Assembly (NCBI RefSeq): GCF_003704095.1
Contig: NW_020844984.1
Location: forward strand, 310,001 to 374,000
Length of the DNA stretch: 64,000 nucleotides
Direction: 5' to 3'
DNA from: Pocillopora damicornis
Taxonomy: Eukaryota
A program made the position numbers and the translations under genes. Numbering within the stretch: position 1 is the stretch's first letter; each line of letters starts with the position of its first letter. Below, piece after piece: positions 61,833-64,000 of this stretch. The notes beneath the pieces were generated by a model. The model was not told the origin of the DNA. It made no database searches and worked only from the letters and a program-made list of their open reading frames with translations.

Positions 61833-63505
61833 CGCAGAACGCGTCACAACATCAGCCAGCAAAACGTCCTTGACTTTCATAGCTTTGGCTCGCCGCTTGT
61901 TCCGTTCCTTTCTCGTCTTCAGCTTCTTCTTGCGTGGTTCTTGGTCAGTATACTATTTTATTTCAAAAAACAAGAGTACCAAGGGTAAGATCATATCAAT
62001 TTGTGAAGGTCAGTTATTACGAGATGATCTTTTATCAATCGAGAGACTCACCATCTTCAGTCCTTCAGGAGCATAAATGAGATGCATTGGTAGACCATCG
62101 GACATAGAGCTGTCTGAACCGCCGGTGCTGGAAATAAAAGGGAAAGAAAACACTGATTGAAATAAACACTGCCCCTTTTTTAGGTGAAATAAGCGACGGG
62201 CAAATCTCAAGTGAGAATCAATAATAATCCCACAATGCAGTGGTTGCCCTTCATTACGTTGTGTGATTGGTCTAGGAAACACGCGCCACCTTCTGAGCCA
62301 ATGAAATGCAATACTTCAACCATTCACGACTATCACTCGCGTTTTCCCGCGCTTTATACCTCTTGAAAGCCCATTCAGGCCTACAGTGAAATTTACCTTT
62401 GCCTAGTTAGCTGTCGAGATTACTTTGATTTTGCTTATACAACACACGTAGACCCGTCAAACTTATCACAAAGTCAATGACTATGGCGGCATTTAAGAAG
62501 GAAATGAGCCGATCAAAAGTTGTGTTTTGTGCAGTAAAACTCACGTGAGGTGAAGGACAGGTGACGAAAGCTTCCTCTGATTGGCTGAGTTCGACATGTG
62601 ATTGGATAGGTTGAGCCAACAGTCCCAGAGGACACGGCTAAATACAGGTTTTAAGACCAAACCTACCTTGATTCGATATCAGAAGTATAATTGAGGTCAA
62701 GATCTATGTCAGACTCGGTTAGGGTGGGTGCCGCAGTGCCTTTTCGCTTCATCCTCTCCAATATATCCGCCTTCATTTTCAACTCCAGCTCTCGTAAGAT
62801 AGTTACAAACTGTGAACAAGACAATATCAGCGATATTAAGTGGATTACGACAATTAGTCTTTTTAATGGATGTCTTCCTCGGTGTCTTCGTCCTAACTGC
62901 CTAAGGCCCCATATTGAAACTCCTGGGAAACGATGCACAGATGGTGACGTACGGTGAAGACGACCTCTTACCTTTGAATCATCAGGATCACAGTAATCTA
63001 GTAGAGTATCACACAAGTGATATCCCATCGACTCAAAGTCCGCTGTGTTGAAATGATAGCCGGCGCGTTTACCAATTGACGAGCCACAGAAAGTCGCCTG
63101 CAGGAAAAAACACAGCGAGATGAAAAACACCTTCAACATATAAAACCTTTGCCGGCAGGGGGCGATACGTAACACAACAATATTTTGAATCGTTTTAGTG
63201 ACGAAGGAAACTTAGCCTTTAAATGGAACGAACACTCGAAATAAAAACTCGGGTGACGAAGAAAATTAAACCATCAAATGGAGGGAAAACTCGAAAAAAC
63301 AGTGTGCTGCTATGCAAAATCATAAGATGGGAAGAAATAAACCCAAAACACAAGGGATTTCTCGTGCTTTCTCAAGAGTTCAGAAAAAAAAAGGCAGAAA
63401 GAGCTAGACATTTCGCTCGTGACTGAGCAAGAAGTTTAATCTCACCTCCATAGTAAAACTGTTCAAAATCCCCATATGCCACATAACAATCCGACCTGTT
63501 CCTTC
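61833..63505 (-). CDS. AGBL2: Cytosolic carboxypeptidase 2/3-like (M14D tubulin deglutamylase): end of the catalytic domain and adjacent conserved region; 5' exons lie upstream, beyond the window
   Basis: Exons 63505-63446, 63097-62972, 62809-62667, 62127-62052, 61952-61833 give [74 protein letters not shown]. This matches AGBL2/AGBL3 as I recall them, including the catalytic Glu of (Y/F)TME. Confidence 0.92.
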
Positions 63506-64000
63506 CTGTAAGAAGTTTAAAATTTGTGTTTCTTAATTAATGTCTAATTATCCGTCTTCTTCGGTCTGGAAAGACTGTATATCTGGCTGGTTATCTGTCT
63601 TCCTAACTTCCTATCTAGTTGTCTGTCTATTCACAAGTCGACGTTCAGTCTTTCTGGAGAGAGACAGACAGAAAGTCAATTGTCTTGTTGAAGAGCGTAG
63701 AACAGATGAGTTCTGTCAGTTTTTTTTTAATCCAGACTTATCAACAGGGAGTCCAGCGCAACACAGAGGTAAAACGTCTGCGCATGTGCGAACGTTTTAG
63801 AGGCTACGTGACAAGCTTTCAGGCTTTTGCGGTATTTGAAAACCGTATGATATTTTTGATAAAGCTCAAAATAAAATTGTAAATCAGCAGGAAAGTCGTG
63901 ATTAAAGAAGCTATGGATATAACAAGTCTTGAGTTTTCCATTCCCCTACTCTTTTTTTCTGTTACAGATTTAATGAACGCTTAGATGTTTTTTTTTTCTG

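Noticed and set aside
62545-62637. 93-nt cassette exon candidate in AGBL2 (TAG..GTGAGT, open in all frames)
   Set aside because: It would need a 29-nt upstream intron and would split the conserved [12 protein letters not shown] motif.
63098-63175. Apparent signal peptide MLKVFFISLCFFLQ
   Set aside because: It is the translated polypyrimidine tract and acceptor of an AGBL2 intron; the real upstream exon is 63446-63505.
1-64000. tRNA or rRNA genes
   Set aside because: None recognised by eye; only a possible SINE-like tail near 26273-26345, too weak to call.

Overview
AT-rich eukaryotic (animal) genomic DNA with three N-gaps. The repeat families and gene content suggest an anthozoan cnidarian, most likely a stony coral (inference). 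From left to right: (1) the last two coding exons of an unidentified low-complexity protein gene; (2) a decayed THAP zinc-finger ORF; (3) a ~35-kb cluster of eight intact, intronless class A (rhodopsin-like) GPCR genes in near-alternating orientation; (4) a single-exon gene for a secreted, probably GPI-anchored RGG/SR-rich glycoprotein with prion/Shadoo-like architecture; (5) a multi-exon GPATCH4 gene (+); (6) the 3' part of a cytosolic carboxypeptidase AGBL2/3-like gene (-) with a long multi-exon tail. Introns and intergenic DNA hold many MITEs, two LINE fragments, Penelope-like fold-back repeats with decayed hammerhead cores, and minisatellites. The most notable signal is the shared signature of the eight GPCRs. 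They lack the aminergic Asp3.32 and instead carry basic residues at 3.32, 4.60, 6.51 and 7.36. They have no ECL2 cysteine but keep an N-terminal Cys, an ECL1 CxxC/CxxxC and C3.25, and they share N5.58 and Q7.45. This points to a distinct receptor family, probably for anionic ligands. All calls were made by eye; no searches were run.
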